Translations under genes and position numbers: made by a program
Notes under the pieces: generated by a model
What the model was told of the DNA's origin: nothing
Database searches by the model: none
Seen by the model: the letters and a program-made list of their open reading frames with translations, nothing else
Source of the DNA: Bacteroidota bacterium
GTDB taxonomy: Bacteria > Bacteroidota > Bacteroidia > 2-12-FULL-35-15
Assembly: GCA_947469885.1 (NCBI GenBank)
Contig: CANIQT010000013.1
Location: 13,604 to 77,603 of the forward strand
Reading direction: 5' to 3'
DNA length: 64,000 nt
Shown: positions 39,785 to 49,857 of the stretch, piece by piece
How the letters are laid out: each line of letters starts with the position of its first letter
How positions within the stretch are numbered: position 1 is the first letter of the stretch

Positions 39785-39921
39785 CAATAGCCACGACCTT
39801 TAGGTCGTGGTAACATTTGATTATAAAAATTGGCTTTAGCCAAAAAATTGTTGTTTTTGTTGGGCTGAAGCCCAATTACATCTTTAATTATTTTCCCCCG
39901 ACCTAAAGGTCGGGGCTATTG
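39785..39921. mobile_element. 137-bp MITE-like element: 26-bp imperfect terminal inverted repeats (24/26), each arm itself a perfect 8-bp-stem hairpin, enclosing two further hairpins
   Basis: The left arm is caatagccacgacctttaggtcgtgg (39785-39810). The right arm is ccccgacctaaaggtcggggctattg (39896-39921). The internal hairpins are ttggct-tt-agccaa (39830-39843) and ttgggct-ga-agcccaa (39860-39875). Confidence 0.4.
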
Positions 39922-39982
39922 TTAGTAGTCCAATACAAGTGCTTTTTCAACTATCAACTTGAGTTACTAGAAGAAAGAAACC

Positions 39983-40315
39983 TTGCAGAACTTATATATG
40001 TATAGAAAAATATTCAGAAAATTAATTTTACTCCTTCTTTGTTTGTTACCATTCACCATGGTGGATGCACAAGAAAAGAAACAGGAAAGCAAAGGAGCTA
40101 TATCAGCAAAAGTGCAACGGAGAGCAGCAAGGCAAAAATGGAAAGACCAGCGCAAAACAGAAAGAGCTCAGAAAAAGGCTGTAGCAGCACATCACAAGCG
40201 ACTTCAAACAAAAAAAACATTGAAAAGCATGAAGCAGCAGAAAAAAAAGAGCGACCGACTGAGAGATAATAAGCGAGAACCCTTTTTTGTCAGATGGTTT
40301 AAATTTAAGCATTGA
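39983..40315 (+). CDS. small secreted highly basic Lys/Arg/Gln-rich protein
   Basis: The likely start is the internal MYRKIFRKLILLLLCLLPFTMVDAQ signal peptide. The mature part is KKQESKGAISAKVQRRAARQKWKDQRKTERAQKK... Confidence 0.4.
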   Translation: MQNLYMYRKIFRKLILLLLCLLPFTMVDAQEKKQESKGAISAKVQRRAARQKWKDQRKTERAQKKAVAAHHKRLQTKKTLKSMKQQKKKSDRLRDNKREPFFVRWFKFKH

Positions 40316-40699
40316 CGGGCATTACAGTCAATATTTTAGGTATTTAAAAAACTTTTTTAAAAAATAAATGAAAAAAAGTTTGGTGAATCAAAATTAATGT
40401 CGTAATATTGCAACATAATTTAATTAGACAGCATCCCCAAACGTTTAAATTAAGTACTCAGACAGTTTCTGTGTCTGCGTTTAATAATTTCCAAAATCAC
40501 GTATTGTTAATTAATTCTTAATAATTATTTAAAAAATTAATTATTATTAATTGAACTGAATTTTAGCACATTAAAATTCGAAAATAGTTTTATAAAAAGA
40601 ATTAAAAAAAAATATTTGTTAATGAAAATTAAAAAATCATATATTTACGCGCTTTTAAATTTTGCACGAGTTTAAATAATAAAAATAATACAATATAAT

Positions 40700-43600
40700 A
40701 TGCTACGAAAATTACTATCTACCTTATCAATCGTTGTTGCAACTTCCGGCTGGATGATGGCACAAAACGAATCAGCAATTAAAGTTAAGTTGACCGACAA
40801 AAACAGTCATGAAACCATTCCGTTTGCAAACGTGATTGTGGAAATGGGCGGTATTCAGGCGGGTATCGGAACCACCAATATAGATGGTGAGGCAATGATA
40901 AAACCATTGAACCCTGGTAAGTATGATGTGAAAGCTACTTATGTAGGCTATCAAACAGTAGCCATTTCTAATATAACAGTTTCTGTTGGAAAAACAGTTT
41001 ACTTAAATATGGAAATGACCGCAGGTCAGGAATTAAAAGTGGTAGAAATTACCGAATGGAAAGAACCATTGATTGACCCGGATACAAAATCGGGTGGAAC
41101 AGTGACCCGCGAAGAATATGAAAATATGGCTTCGAAAAACATTAACTCTGTGGCTGCAACCACTGCAGGAGTTTATCAGAAAGATGAAGGTGGTTCTTTA
41201 AATATGCGTGGTGCCCGTGATAATGGTACTGCTTATTATGTAGATGGTCAAAAAGTAATTGGAAGTGCAGGTGTGCCGCAAGGTGGTGTGGAGCAGATTA
41301 CTACTATTGTGGGTGGTACTCCGGCTGAATACGGAGATGAAACAGGAGGTATTGTGGCAATTACTACCAGAGGACCTGCAAGTAAATACACTGGAAGTGT
41401 GGAATTAATTACATCAGGTGTTGGCGAAAAGAAAGGATTGGATGCTTACGGATATAACTTTATTGGATTTTCGGTAAATGGTCCTATATTAACCAAAAAA
41501 GATTCTGCCACTAGCAGCAAAAAATCAGTTTTAGGTTTCTCTATTTCCGGTTCCGCGATAACTGAAAAAGAACCTAATCCATCTGCAGGAGGTTTTTATA
41601 AAGTAAACAGTGATAAACTTTCTGAAATAGAACAAACTCCGCTTCGGTCGAACGGACAAGGTGGTTTGATACCCAATGCTGAGTTTGTGACCAAAGACGA
41701 CATGACCAGAGTGAAAGCGAAAACCAATGTTGGTTCCAACACTTTATTATTAAACGGAAAAGTAATTTACCAACCTACCACCAACATGGGAATTACGTTA
41801 GGTGGTTCGGTTGAATACAATAAACGTCACGATTTTGTTTACGAATACGCCTTGTTTAATCCAAGCAACAACCCTCAAACCACAGCAAGCACTTGGAGAG
41901 CTTACGCAAAATTGACTCAAAAATTTAATTCCGCTACATCAAAAGAAGAAGAAAAATCAGGATCTATTATCAAGAATGCTTATTTTACCATGCAGGCAAG
42001 TTATGCTAAAACCCACAGCAAAACATGGGACGATGACCACAAAGACAATATTTTTGATTACGGTTACATTGGTAAATTTGTACAGGAAAAAACGGTTAAC
42101 TACGACTACAAACCCGAACAGGCTATTTATTTAAGACACCCTGATGGAACTATTTATTTAGATACCGTAACCGGAGCTATTATGAATGGATGGAGAGATA
42201 GTATTCTTTATTTTACTCCTTCAAATGTAAATCCGAATGGAGTAGCATATACAAATGAATACTATGCCAATCAATATGCTCAGGGATTGTATCCTGAAAA
42301 TGGAGTTGATGTTCAAGGAGGTTTAGGGTTGATGAATGGAGACAGACCTTCCAATATCTACTCATTATGGTACAACACTGGTCGTCAGTACAACGGCTAT
42401 AGCTGGAGCGATGAAACACAATTTAGAGTATTTGCCAACTTTTCGGCAGATATTAAAAAACATGCCATCTCTTTAGGTTTTGAGTATGAACAGAGATCAC
42501 AAAGAGCCTATTCATTAGCTCCAATTGGTTTATGGACCTTGATGCGTCAGTTAGCCAACTACCATTTAAAGAATTTAGATTCCGTTGCCACAGCTTATGA
42601 TACTCAATTTGGAACCTTTTATTACTACGACAGAAAAAATGACGGAACTCAAAACCAGTTCGACCGTAGTTTCAGACAAAGTTTAGGAATGGATGTAAAC
42701 GGAACGGATTGGATTGATATTGATTCGTACGACCCGTCTAAATTTTCGATTGACATGTTTAGTGCTGATGATTTGTTAAACAATGGTAGTTCGTATGTTA
42801 GTTATTACGGATACGACCATACCGGACAAAAAATAAAAGGAAAACCAAGTTTGGATGATTTCTTTACCGCTAAAGACGATAAAGGAAATTACACCCGTCA
42901 GATAGGTGCTTATCAACCTATTTATATTGCTGGTTACATTCAAGACAAATTTGATTTCAGAGATTTGAAATTTAATGTTGGTTTGCGTGTCGACCGTTTT
43001 GATGCCAACCAAAAAGTATTAAAAGATAAATACTTATTATATGAAGCACGAACAGCAGGCGAAGTTAGTTCAATAGGTGGCAGTAATATTAACCACCCAT
43101 CAAACATTGGCGATGATTATGTAGTGTATGTGGATAACAAAGATAATCCAAGCCGAATAGTTGGTTATCGTGATGGAGATACCTGGTACAATGCGCAAGG
43201 AACTACTATTACCGACCCTTCGTCATTAACAGGAGCGAATACTGTGGATGGTGCTATTAACCCTTACCTTGTTGACCCATCTTCGGCTAAAAAGAAAATA
43301 ATTAGTACAAAAGTATTTCAAGATTACAAGCCTCAACTTAACTTTATGCCGCGTATAGCTTTCTCTTTCCCTATTTCGGATGTGGCAAGTTTCTTTGCTC
43401 ATTACGATGTGTTGACACAACGCCCTCCGGGAGGAAACAGATTAGATCCTATTGCTTACCTTAATATGGAAAACCTAAGCGGAGGATTTATTAATAACCC
43501 AAATTTGAAACCTGAAAAAACAACAGATTACGAATTAGGATTTCAAGAGGTATTGAATGAAAAGAAAAATTCAGTGTTGAAAATTACTGCTTTTTATCGC

Positions 43601-44443
43601 GAATTAAGAAACATGGTACAAGCAGTTCAGGTTTTCCAAGCGTATCCTACTACTTATAATACCTTTGATAATATTGACTTTGGTACGGTAAAAGGAATGT
43701 CGTTGACCTACGAACTAAGAAGAATGGCAACAGGAGTTGCTCTTACTGCTGGTTACACACTTCAGTTTGCAGATGGTACAGGGTCTTCTACCTCTGACGG
43801 AGCAAATGTGGTGGCTGCGGGAGAGCCTAATTTAAGAAACCCACACGCTTTGGATTTTGACCAACGTCATACTATTACCATAAATGTGGATTACCGTTTT
43901 GGAGGAAGCAAAGATTACAAAGGACCAACCTGGACTCGCAAAAAAGGAGACAGCGAAAAAATTATTAAGATATTTGAAAATGTTGGAGCCAATTTAACTG
44001 TTAGAGCAGGTTCGGGTACTCCATATAGTAAACAGGCAAACATTACTCAAGATGGAGCATTTGGTATTGCTGACCGTAGAATATTAAAAGGTAAAATTAA
44101 TGGTTCGAACTTACCTTGGAATTTTAAAATTGACTTAAAAATTGACAAAGACATAGAAGTGACTTGGGGTGGTAAAAAAGAAGGACAAGAGAAAAAGCAC
44201 GGAAATTTGAATGTTTATTTACAAGTATTAAATTTGTTGAACACAAAAAACATCAATGGAATTTATAAAGCAACTGGTAACCCGGATGATGATGGTTATT
44301 TGGCTTCTCCTTCCGGACAGGCATCGTTGGCAGGCAGAAATGATGCTACCGCATTCACCGATTTATATGATATCAAAATTAACAATCCTGGAAATTACAG
44401 TCGCCCGAGGGTGATTCGTTTAGGTATTGTTCTTGAATTTTAA
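40700..44443 (+). CDS. TonB-dependent receptor-like outer-membrane protein (CarboxypepD_reg-like domain + plug + large beta-barrel)
   Basis: Signal peptide, then a CarbopepD_reg-like segment IKVKLTDKNSHETIPFANVIVEMGG...KYDVKATYVGYQTVAISNITV, and a plug-like NMRGARDNGTAYYVDGQKV. It is 1247 aa with a C-terminal ...RLGIVLEF ending in Phe, as in TonB-dependent barrels. Confidence 0.65.
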   Translation: MLRKLLSTLSIVVATSGWMMAQNESAIKVKLTDKNSHETIPFANVIVEMGGIQAGIGTTNIDGEAMIKPLNPGKYDVKATYVGYQTVAISNITVSVGKTVYLNMEMTAGQELKVVEITEWKEPLIDPDTKSGGTVTREEYENMASKNINSVAATTAGVYQKDEGGSLNMRGARDNGTAYYVDGQKVIGSAGVPQGGVEQITTIVGGTPAEYGDETGGIVAITTRGPASKYTGSVELITSGVGEKKGLDAYGYNFIGFSVNGPILTKKDSATSSKKSVLGFSISGSAITEKEPNPSAGGFYKVNSDKLSEIEQTPLRSNGQGGLIPNAEFVTKDDMTRVKAKTNVGSNTLLLNGKVIYQPTTNMGITLGGSVEYNKRHDFVYEYALFNPSNNPQTTASTWRAYAKLTQKFNSATSKEEEKSGSIIKNAYFTMQASYAKTHSKTWDDDHKDNIFDYGYIGKFVQEKTVNYDYKPEQAIYLRHPDGTIYLDTVTGAIMNGWRDSILYFTPSNVNPNGVAYTNEYYANQYAQGLYPENGVDVQGGLGLMNGDRPSNIYSLWYNTGRQYNGYSWSDETQFRVFANFSADIKKHAISLGFEYEQRSQRAYSLAPIGLWTLMRQLANYHLKNLDSVATAYDTQFGTFYYYDRKNDGTQNQFDRSFRQSLGMDVNGTDWIDIDSYDPSKFSIDMFSADDLLNNGSSYVSYYGYDHTGQKIKGKPSLDDFFTAKDDKGNYTRQIGAYQPIYIAGYIQDKFDFRDLKFNVGLRVDRFDANQKVLKDKYLLYEARTAGEVSSIGGSNINHPSNIGDDYVVYVDNKDNPSRIVGYRDGDTWYNAQGTTITDPSSLTGANTVDGAINPYLVDPSSAKKKIISTKVFQDYKPQLNFMPRIAFSFPISDVASFFAHYDVLTQRPPGGNRLDPIAYLNMENLSGGFINNPNLKPEKTTDYELGFQEVLNEKKNSVLKITAFYRELRNMVQAVQVFQAYPTTYNTFDNIDFGTVKGMSLTYELRRMATGVALTAGYTLQFADGTGSSTSDGANVVAAGEPNLRNPHALDFDQRHTITINVDYRFGGSKDYKGPTWTRKKGDSEKIIKIFENVGANLTVRAGSGTPYSKQANITQDGAFGIADRRILKGKINGSNLPWNFKIDLKIDKDIEVTWGGKKEGQEKKHGNLNVYLQVLNLLNTKNINGIYKATGNPDDDGYLASPSGQASLAGRNDATAFTDLYDIKINNPGNYSRPRVIRLGIVLEF

Positions 44444-44515
44444 TTCATAAAAAAACGACAAATAGAATAGTAAAAAAATTAAAAATATCCCCTATAACGA
44501 ATAAATAAATAAATT

Positions 44516-47500
44516 ATGAAAAAGAAAAATTTTAACGTAATCGTTTTGTCAATTTTCTTGGCATTTGCATTCGGTGCATTTGCAAAAGAAAACATTGGAG
44601 GTGGAAGTCATCCAACAAACCCTCCGGGTAACAATTCAGCCAAGTCGGTAAATGCTCAATGCGTAAATGCTACAGCACAAATAGATTTGGACATCAACAA
44701 TGTAAGAGCCAAAATTATGAATGGAGGCGACATGTGGTGGGATATTTTTGCTTCCACGAACGCTAGGTATCAGGTACCTAAACCTGCAAGTAGTTCTACC
44801 ATCGGACCAAGCTCACAGTTCGCAAGTTCTGTGTGGGTTGGAGGTTACGATGCTGGTGGTCAGCTAAAAGTAGCTGCTCAAACGTATCGCCAGAGCGGAA
44901 ACGACTATTGGCCCGGACCATTGAAAGATGATGCAACTACCGATGCAGGCAGATGTTTGCTTTGGGATAGATTCTACAAATTGAACCGTAAAGATGTTCA
45001 GGCTTATTACGAATGGGTAATGGGTGGTTCTATTGGAGTAAATCCTATCATTTCGGGAGCATCATTGCCTGATGCTTGGGCTACTATCACAGATTGGCCT
45101 GCTGTAAGTCCTGATAACCATCCTTTAGCTCCTTTTTATGATATTGATGCCAATAATGAATACGACCCAAGTGTGGGTGATGTTCCTGATTTTGATGTTA
45201 CTGGTACAAGAGGTTGCAATGCTCAGCTATATGGCGACCAGTGTATTTTTTGGGTGTTTAATGATAAAGGAAATATACACACCGAAACAGGAGGTGAAGC
45301 CATAGGATTGGAAGTACAGGCACAGGCATTTGCTTTTCAGACCAACGATGAAATTAACAATGCTACCTTTTACAAATATAAATTAATTAACAAAGGTTCG
45401 TTTGTATTAGATAGTACGTTCTTCGGATTGTGGGATGATGCCGATTTGGGAGATTATTCTGACGATTATGTAGGTTGTGATGTTGGTCTTGGGTTGGGTA
45501 TTCTTTATAATGGAGATGCGGTGGACGGTACCGGTGGTGCTACGCACTATGGAGCTAACCCTCCTGCAGTGGGTGTTGACTTTTTTGAAGGACCAAAGGC
45601 TGATACGAATGGTTTAGATGATCTTTCTAGTTCAAGACCGGCTTCATTCATTAATTATGGAAACACTGTGGTTGATGATGAGCGTTTAGGGATGTGTCGT
45701 TTCATGTATTTTAATAATGACTTTACTCCCGTTAACGGAAACCCGGAAGCAACAGATGATTATTACCAATACTTATCAGGAACATGGAAAAATGCAACTC
45801 CAATAACTTATGGTGGAGATGGTACAACAGGAAGTGTGCCATGTGCGTATATGTTCCCTGGAAGTTCGGATGCTCCTGCCTTTTTTGGAACAAATGGAGT
45901 AATTCAGCCAGCATGGAGCGAAACAGCAGTGCCTGCTGATAGACGTTTCCTTGAAAGTGCTGGTCCTTTTAAATTATATCCTGGTGCTGTCAACTACATT
46001 ACCGTTGGTGTTCCTTGGGCAAGAGCCACTCAAGGAGGTCCTTTGGCTTCTGTAGCACTTTTGAAAGGTGCTGACTCTAAAGTTCAGCAATTGTTCAACA
46101 ACTGTTTCTCTACGTTAAATGGTCCTGATGCTCCTAACTTAACGATTCAGGAATTGGATAAAGAATTAATATTAACCTGGTCCAATCCTTCTAATTCAAA
46201 CAACGCAAACGAAAGATATACTGAAGATTACGATAAATCCTCTGGGGCAGATTCGTTGTACCGCTTTCAAGGGTACATGGTGTATCAGTTAAAAGATGCT
46301 TCGGTGAGTGCCACCGATTTATACAATGTGGACAAGGCACGTTTAATTTTCCAGTGCGATAAAAAAGACAATGATAAACCAAATGGTGCAGCTCAGATAG
46401 TGAACTATACCAATGATATTACTATTTCAGCATTGGTTCCACAAGAAATGGTGAACGGTGTTGATAAGGGTATCATACATTCTTTGTCTGTAAAATCAGA
46501 TAAATTTGCAACTGGTAGCGATGTGTTGATTAATCACCACACCTATTATTTTGCAATTATTGCTTATGGTTACACACCAACTCAAGTGCCTACTAATCTT
46601 AACCAATTGCAAGACTACAAACCATTTATTGCAGGAAGAAGATTTATGGATGCTACTTTTTATCATACTGCTATTCCTCATATCCCTTCGCCAGAAGCAA
46701 ATGGAACACAGGCACAATCATCGTATGGTACAGGTCCAAAATTAACAAGAATAGAAGGACAGGGTAATGGTGCAATGGTGTTGGATTTAACTTCAGGTAC
46801 TGTGGACGAAATAATGAATTCAGGTTCTGGATGGCGCTCTATTCATCCTCAATATGAAAACTCTCACGGTCCAGTAAACATGAAAGTGATTGACCCATTG
46901 AATGTACCAGCCAACAGAAATTTCAGATTCATTATGAACGGAAGGGTTGTTACTAATTTATCTTCCATACCTACAACTGCTACATGGGATTTGATTGATA
47001 TGGATAATCACGATACTGTTCATTCCGAAACAAGTATTGCTTTGCCAAATGAGCAAATTATCAATGGGCAATCATCTGGTTCTGCTGCGGTTTCTATTCC
47101 TCGATGGGGGCTATCTGTTAATTCAGTTTATACGTATGATCCAGGATTAGCAGGTTGTGTTGATAATGGCTATTTGGAAGCTACAATGACTTTTGCTGAC
47201 CCTGTTAAAGCATGGTTGACGGGAGTGCCCGATGCGGAAGGATTGGATTATCATAACTGGATTCGTTCAGGAACTTTTACTTCTAAAAATCCGTTAGGAT
47301 TTGACGATTATGCAGGAAAAGACGATCAACAGTTTTACGAAAAAATGATTGGCGGCACATGGTCTCCTTATCGTATGGCTTCTATGGTGGTTCCAACCAC
47401 TGCAACAAACCCAGTAATTATGACGGGTAGTCCGGCATGGAACAGTTCTTCTGCCATGGGTCAGGATTTATTATCCAACCTTGCAAGTGTGGATGTAATT

Positions 47501-48592
47501 ATTACCAGCGACCGCTCTAAATGGACTAGATGTCCGGTTATTGAGTTGGAAGAAGCTACTAACTTGGCAATAGGCAATACTCCAAAAATGAAAATGCGTA
47601 GTTCTGCTTCAGTTGATAAAAATGGTACTGCCAACTTCCCTTCGACAGACAATAGCGATTACTCTACAGGTATGAGTTGGTTCCCTGGGTATGCAATTAA
47701 TCTTGAATCAGGAGAGCGTTTGAACATGGCTTTTGGAGAAGATTCTTGGTTGGTAGCTGACCATGGTGCAGATATGATGTGGAATCCAACTACAACGGAC
47801 CTTTCGGCAACAGACAATACTCCAGTTTTTGGAGGGAAACACTATATATATGTGTTCGGGCATAATGGTAACAAATTGTTCCCATCAAACGACCCGCATT
47901 TCCCAAATCAAATAAAAAACATGCCTCGTTACGATGGTGGTGCTTTCACTCATAATATGTTGTCGGTGGCTACCATGTCAGATGCATCTAACCTTTATGC
48001 ACGTGCGGTTTATGGCGATGCTATGTGGGTAAATATTCCTTTACTTGTACCTGGGCACAGTTTATTTGAAACTGATGTAAAAGTACGTTTGAGAGTTGCT
48101 AAATCGTACCAGTTTGGTTATGCAGGTTTAATTGCCCCTTTAACTGATACCTCGTTAACTGCTACCAATCACAATTTACCGATGTACGATTTTAATACAG
48201 CAGATATTGGAACCAAAACAAGTGATGCAGATGCTGCGGCTAATGCGCTTGACTTGATTAATGTAGTTCCAAATCCGTATTATGCGTACTCCGGATACGA
48301 ACTTTCGACAGCTGAAGTGAAAGTAAAAATAACCAATCTACCAGAAAAATGTACTGTAACTATTTATACTTTAAATGGCACATTGGTGAGAGCATTTAAA
48401 GTGGATCAGCCTGGTTATGCAAGAGACAAAATGGGGGTAGCGGTTACCTCTATTGACTGGGATTTGAAAAACCAAGTTAGAATTCCAATTTCGAGCGGAC
48501 TTTATATTATACATATAGATGTTCCTGATGTTGGAGAGAAAAACATTAAATGGTTTGGTGTGATGCGTCCGATAGATTTAGAAGCTTATTAA
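44516..48592 (+). CDS. large secreted protein (1358 aa) with T9SS type-A CTD; positional candidate for PorU-like T9SS sortase
   Basis: Signal peptide MKKKNFNVIVLSIFLAFAFGAFA. The C-terminal VVPNPYYAYSGYELSTAEVKVKITNLPEKCTVTIYTLNGTLVRAF...GLYIIHIDV is a CTD. It lies immediately upstream of a PorV-like gene, the porU-porV order. The C25 catalytic dyad is not verified. Confidence 0.5.
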   Translation: MKKKNFNVIVLSIFLAFAFGAFAKENIGGGSHPTNPPGNNSAKSVNAQCVNATAQIDLDINNVRAKIMNGGDMWWDIFASTNARYQVPKPASSSTIGPSSQFASSVWVGGYDAGGQLKVAAQTYRQSGNDYWPGPLKDDATTDAGRCLLWDRFYKLNRKDVQAYYEWVMGGSIGVNPIISGASLPDAWATITDWPAVSPDNHPLAPFYDIDANNEYDPSVGDVPDFDVTGTRGCNAQLYGDQCIFWVFNDKGNIHTETGGEAIGLEVQAQAFAFQTNDEINNATFYKYKLINKGSFVLDSTFFGLWDDADLGDYSDDYVGCDVGLGLGILYNGDAVDGTGGATHYGANPPAVGVDFFEGPKADTNGLDDLSSSRPASFINYGNTVVDDERLGMCRFMYFNNDFTPVNGNPEATDDYYQYLSGTWKNATPITYGGDGTTGSVPCAYMFPGSSDAPAFFGTNGVIQPAWSETAVPADRRFLESAGPFKLYPGAVNYITVGVPWARATQGGPLASVALLKGADSKVQQLFNNCFSTLNGPDAPNLTIQELDKELILTWSNPSNSNNANERYTEDYDKSSGADSLYRFQGYMVYQLKDASVSATDLYNVDKARLIFQCDKKDNDKPNGAAQIVNYTNDITISALVPQEMVNGVDKGIIHSLSVKSDKFATGSDVLINHHTYYFAIIAYGYTPTQVPTNLNQLQDYKPFIAGRRFMDATFYHTAIPHIPSPEANGTQAQSSYGTGPKLTRIEGQGNGAMVLDLTSGTVDEIMNSGSGWRSIHPQYENSHGPVNMKVIDPLNVPANRNFRFIMNGRVVTNLSSIPTTATWDLIDMDNHDTVHSETSIALPNEQIINGQSSGSAAVSIPRWGLSVNSVYTYDPGLAGCVDNGYLEATMTFADPVKAWLTGVPDAEGLDYHNWIRSGTFTSKNPLGFDDYAGKDDQQFYEKMIGGTWSPYRMASMVVPTTATNPVIMTGSPAWNSSSAMGQDLLSNLASVDVIITSDRSKWTRCPVIELEEATNLAIGNTPKMKMRSSASVDKNGTANFPSTDNSDYSTGMSWFPGYAINLESGERLNMAFGEDSWLVADHGADMMWNPTTTDLSATDNTPVFGGKHYIYVFGHNGNKLFPSNDPHFPNQIKNMPRYDGGAFTHNMLSVATMSDASNLYARAVYGDAMWVNIPLLVPGHSLFETDVKVRLRVAKSYQFGYAGLIAPLTDTSLTATNHNLPMYDFNTADIGTKTSDADAAANALDLINVVPNPYYAYSGYELSTAEVKVKITNLPEKCTVTIYTLNGTLVRAFKVDQPGYARDKMGVAVTSIDWDLKNQVRIPISSGLYIIHIDVPDVGEKNIKWFGVMRPIDLEAY

Positions 48593-48653
48593 TCCATTAG
48601 ATTCGCACAATAAGAATAAAAAAAATAGTATTGAACAACGAAAAAAAAAAGAT

Positions 48654-49763
48654 ATGAAAAAACGTTATAAATTAGTAGCAACTTTGGTTATTGTTGTCGT
48701 GTCATCGGTTATTCCTGGCAATATGCTAAAGGCTGGAAATCCTGACCGTGTAGGACAAGCCGGAGCAACAGAATTGTTAATAAACCCATGGGCACGTAGC
48801 TCTGGGTGGGCAGGAAGTAATGTTGCCGGAGTTAGAGGATTGGAATCCATATTTTCGAATGTGGCAGGTACAGCATTCACCAAAAAAACAGAGTTGATTT
48901 TTGCACGTACTCAATGGCTAAAAGGAACTGATATTAATATTAATGGTTTTGGTTTAACCCAACATGTGGGCGAAACAGGAGCTATTGGATTGTCGGTGAT
49001 GTCGATGAGATTTGGTGATATTCCTATTACCACCACAGATGTGCCTGAAGGCGGATTGGGAACTTTCTCTCCTCAGTTTATGAACATTACTGTTTCATAT
49101 GCAAAAGGGTTTTCGGATAATATTTATGGAGGATTAGCCGTAAAAGTAATTACCGAAAAAATTGCTAACGTGGGTGCTAGAGGTGTAGCTTTGGATGCAG
49201 GTATTCAATATGTAACCGGAAAGCGCGAACAATTGAAGTTTGGAATTGCGCTTCAAAACTGGGGACCTAAAATGAAATACACTGGAGATGGTTTAGGTTT
49301 CAAAACTCAAGTTCCGGCTAGTACCACTACTGCTACCATGACAGTTGAACAACGCTCAGAGCAATTTGAATTACCTTCGTTATTAAGCATTGGTGCAGGG
49401 TATGACTTTTATGTAAAAAAAGACAGTGCTTCGATGAAAATGCATCGCATTACTGCAATGGGAACTTTTACTTCGTGCGCATTCGACAAAAACCAATATA
49501 AATTAGGTTTGGAATACGCTTGGAAAAGTATGCTTATGCTTCGTGTAGGTTATACTATCGAAAAAGGAATTACTAAGGATTTGGATTATTCTTCGGAATC
49601 TTCTAACACAAGTTTGACCACTGCATTAAAAGGACCAAGCGCAGGTTTTACTTTTGAGATTCCGTTTGGTAAAAATAAATCAACTTTTGGTATTGATTAT
49701 TCTTACAGAGCAACCAATACTTTTGGAGGCACCCATTCGATTGGTGCACGTGTGAATTTATAG
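48654..49763 (+). CDS. PorV/PorQ-family (FadL-like) outer-membrane protein, candidate T9SS shuttle PorV
   Basis: The 369-aa product has a signal peptide, then GQAGATELLINPWARSSGWAGSNVAGVRGLESIFSNVAG, which matches the PorV-type (E/F)LLIxPDARxxGMGxxGVA N-terminal pattern. It is barrel-like and ends IGARVNL. Confidence 0.45.
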   Translation: MKKRYKLVATLVIVVVSSVIPGNMLKAGNPDRVGQAGATELLINPWARSSGWAGSNVAGVRGLESIFSNVAGTAFTKKTELIFARTQWLKGTDININGFGLTQHVGETGAIGLSVMSMRFGDIPITTTDVPEGGLGTFSPQFMNITVSYAKGFSDNIYGGLAVKVITEKIANVGARGVALDAGIQYVTGKREQLKFGIALQNWGPKMKYTGDGLGFKTQVPASTTTATMTVEQRSEQFELPSLLSIGAGYDFYVKKDSASMKMHRITAMGTFTSCAFDKNQYKLGLEYAWKSMLMLRVGYTIEKGITKDLDYSSESSNTSLTTALKGPSAGFTFEIPFGKNKSTFGIDYSYRATNTFGGTHSIGARVNL

Positions 49764-49791
49764 TATTTTTTTATAATTTTTGTATTCATAA

Positions 49792-49830
49792 AAGAGAGTC
49801 CCGCTATTGCGGGATTCTCTTTCTGTTTTA
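49792..49830 (+). terminator. rho-independent terminator
   Basis: agagagtcccgc-tatt-gcgggattctct followed by ttctgtttt. Confidence 0.6.
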
Positions 49831-49857
49831 TCACTGACTAACTAAACAATAATAATT

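Noticed and set aside
40320-40699. Looked for a cobalamin or other riboswitch upstream of the TonB-dependent-like gene
   Set aside because: The region is extremely AT-rich with only short AT palindromes. No B12-box or other riboswitch core could be recognised.
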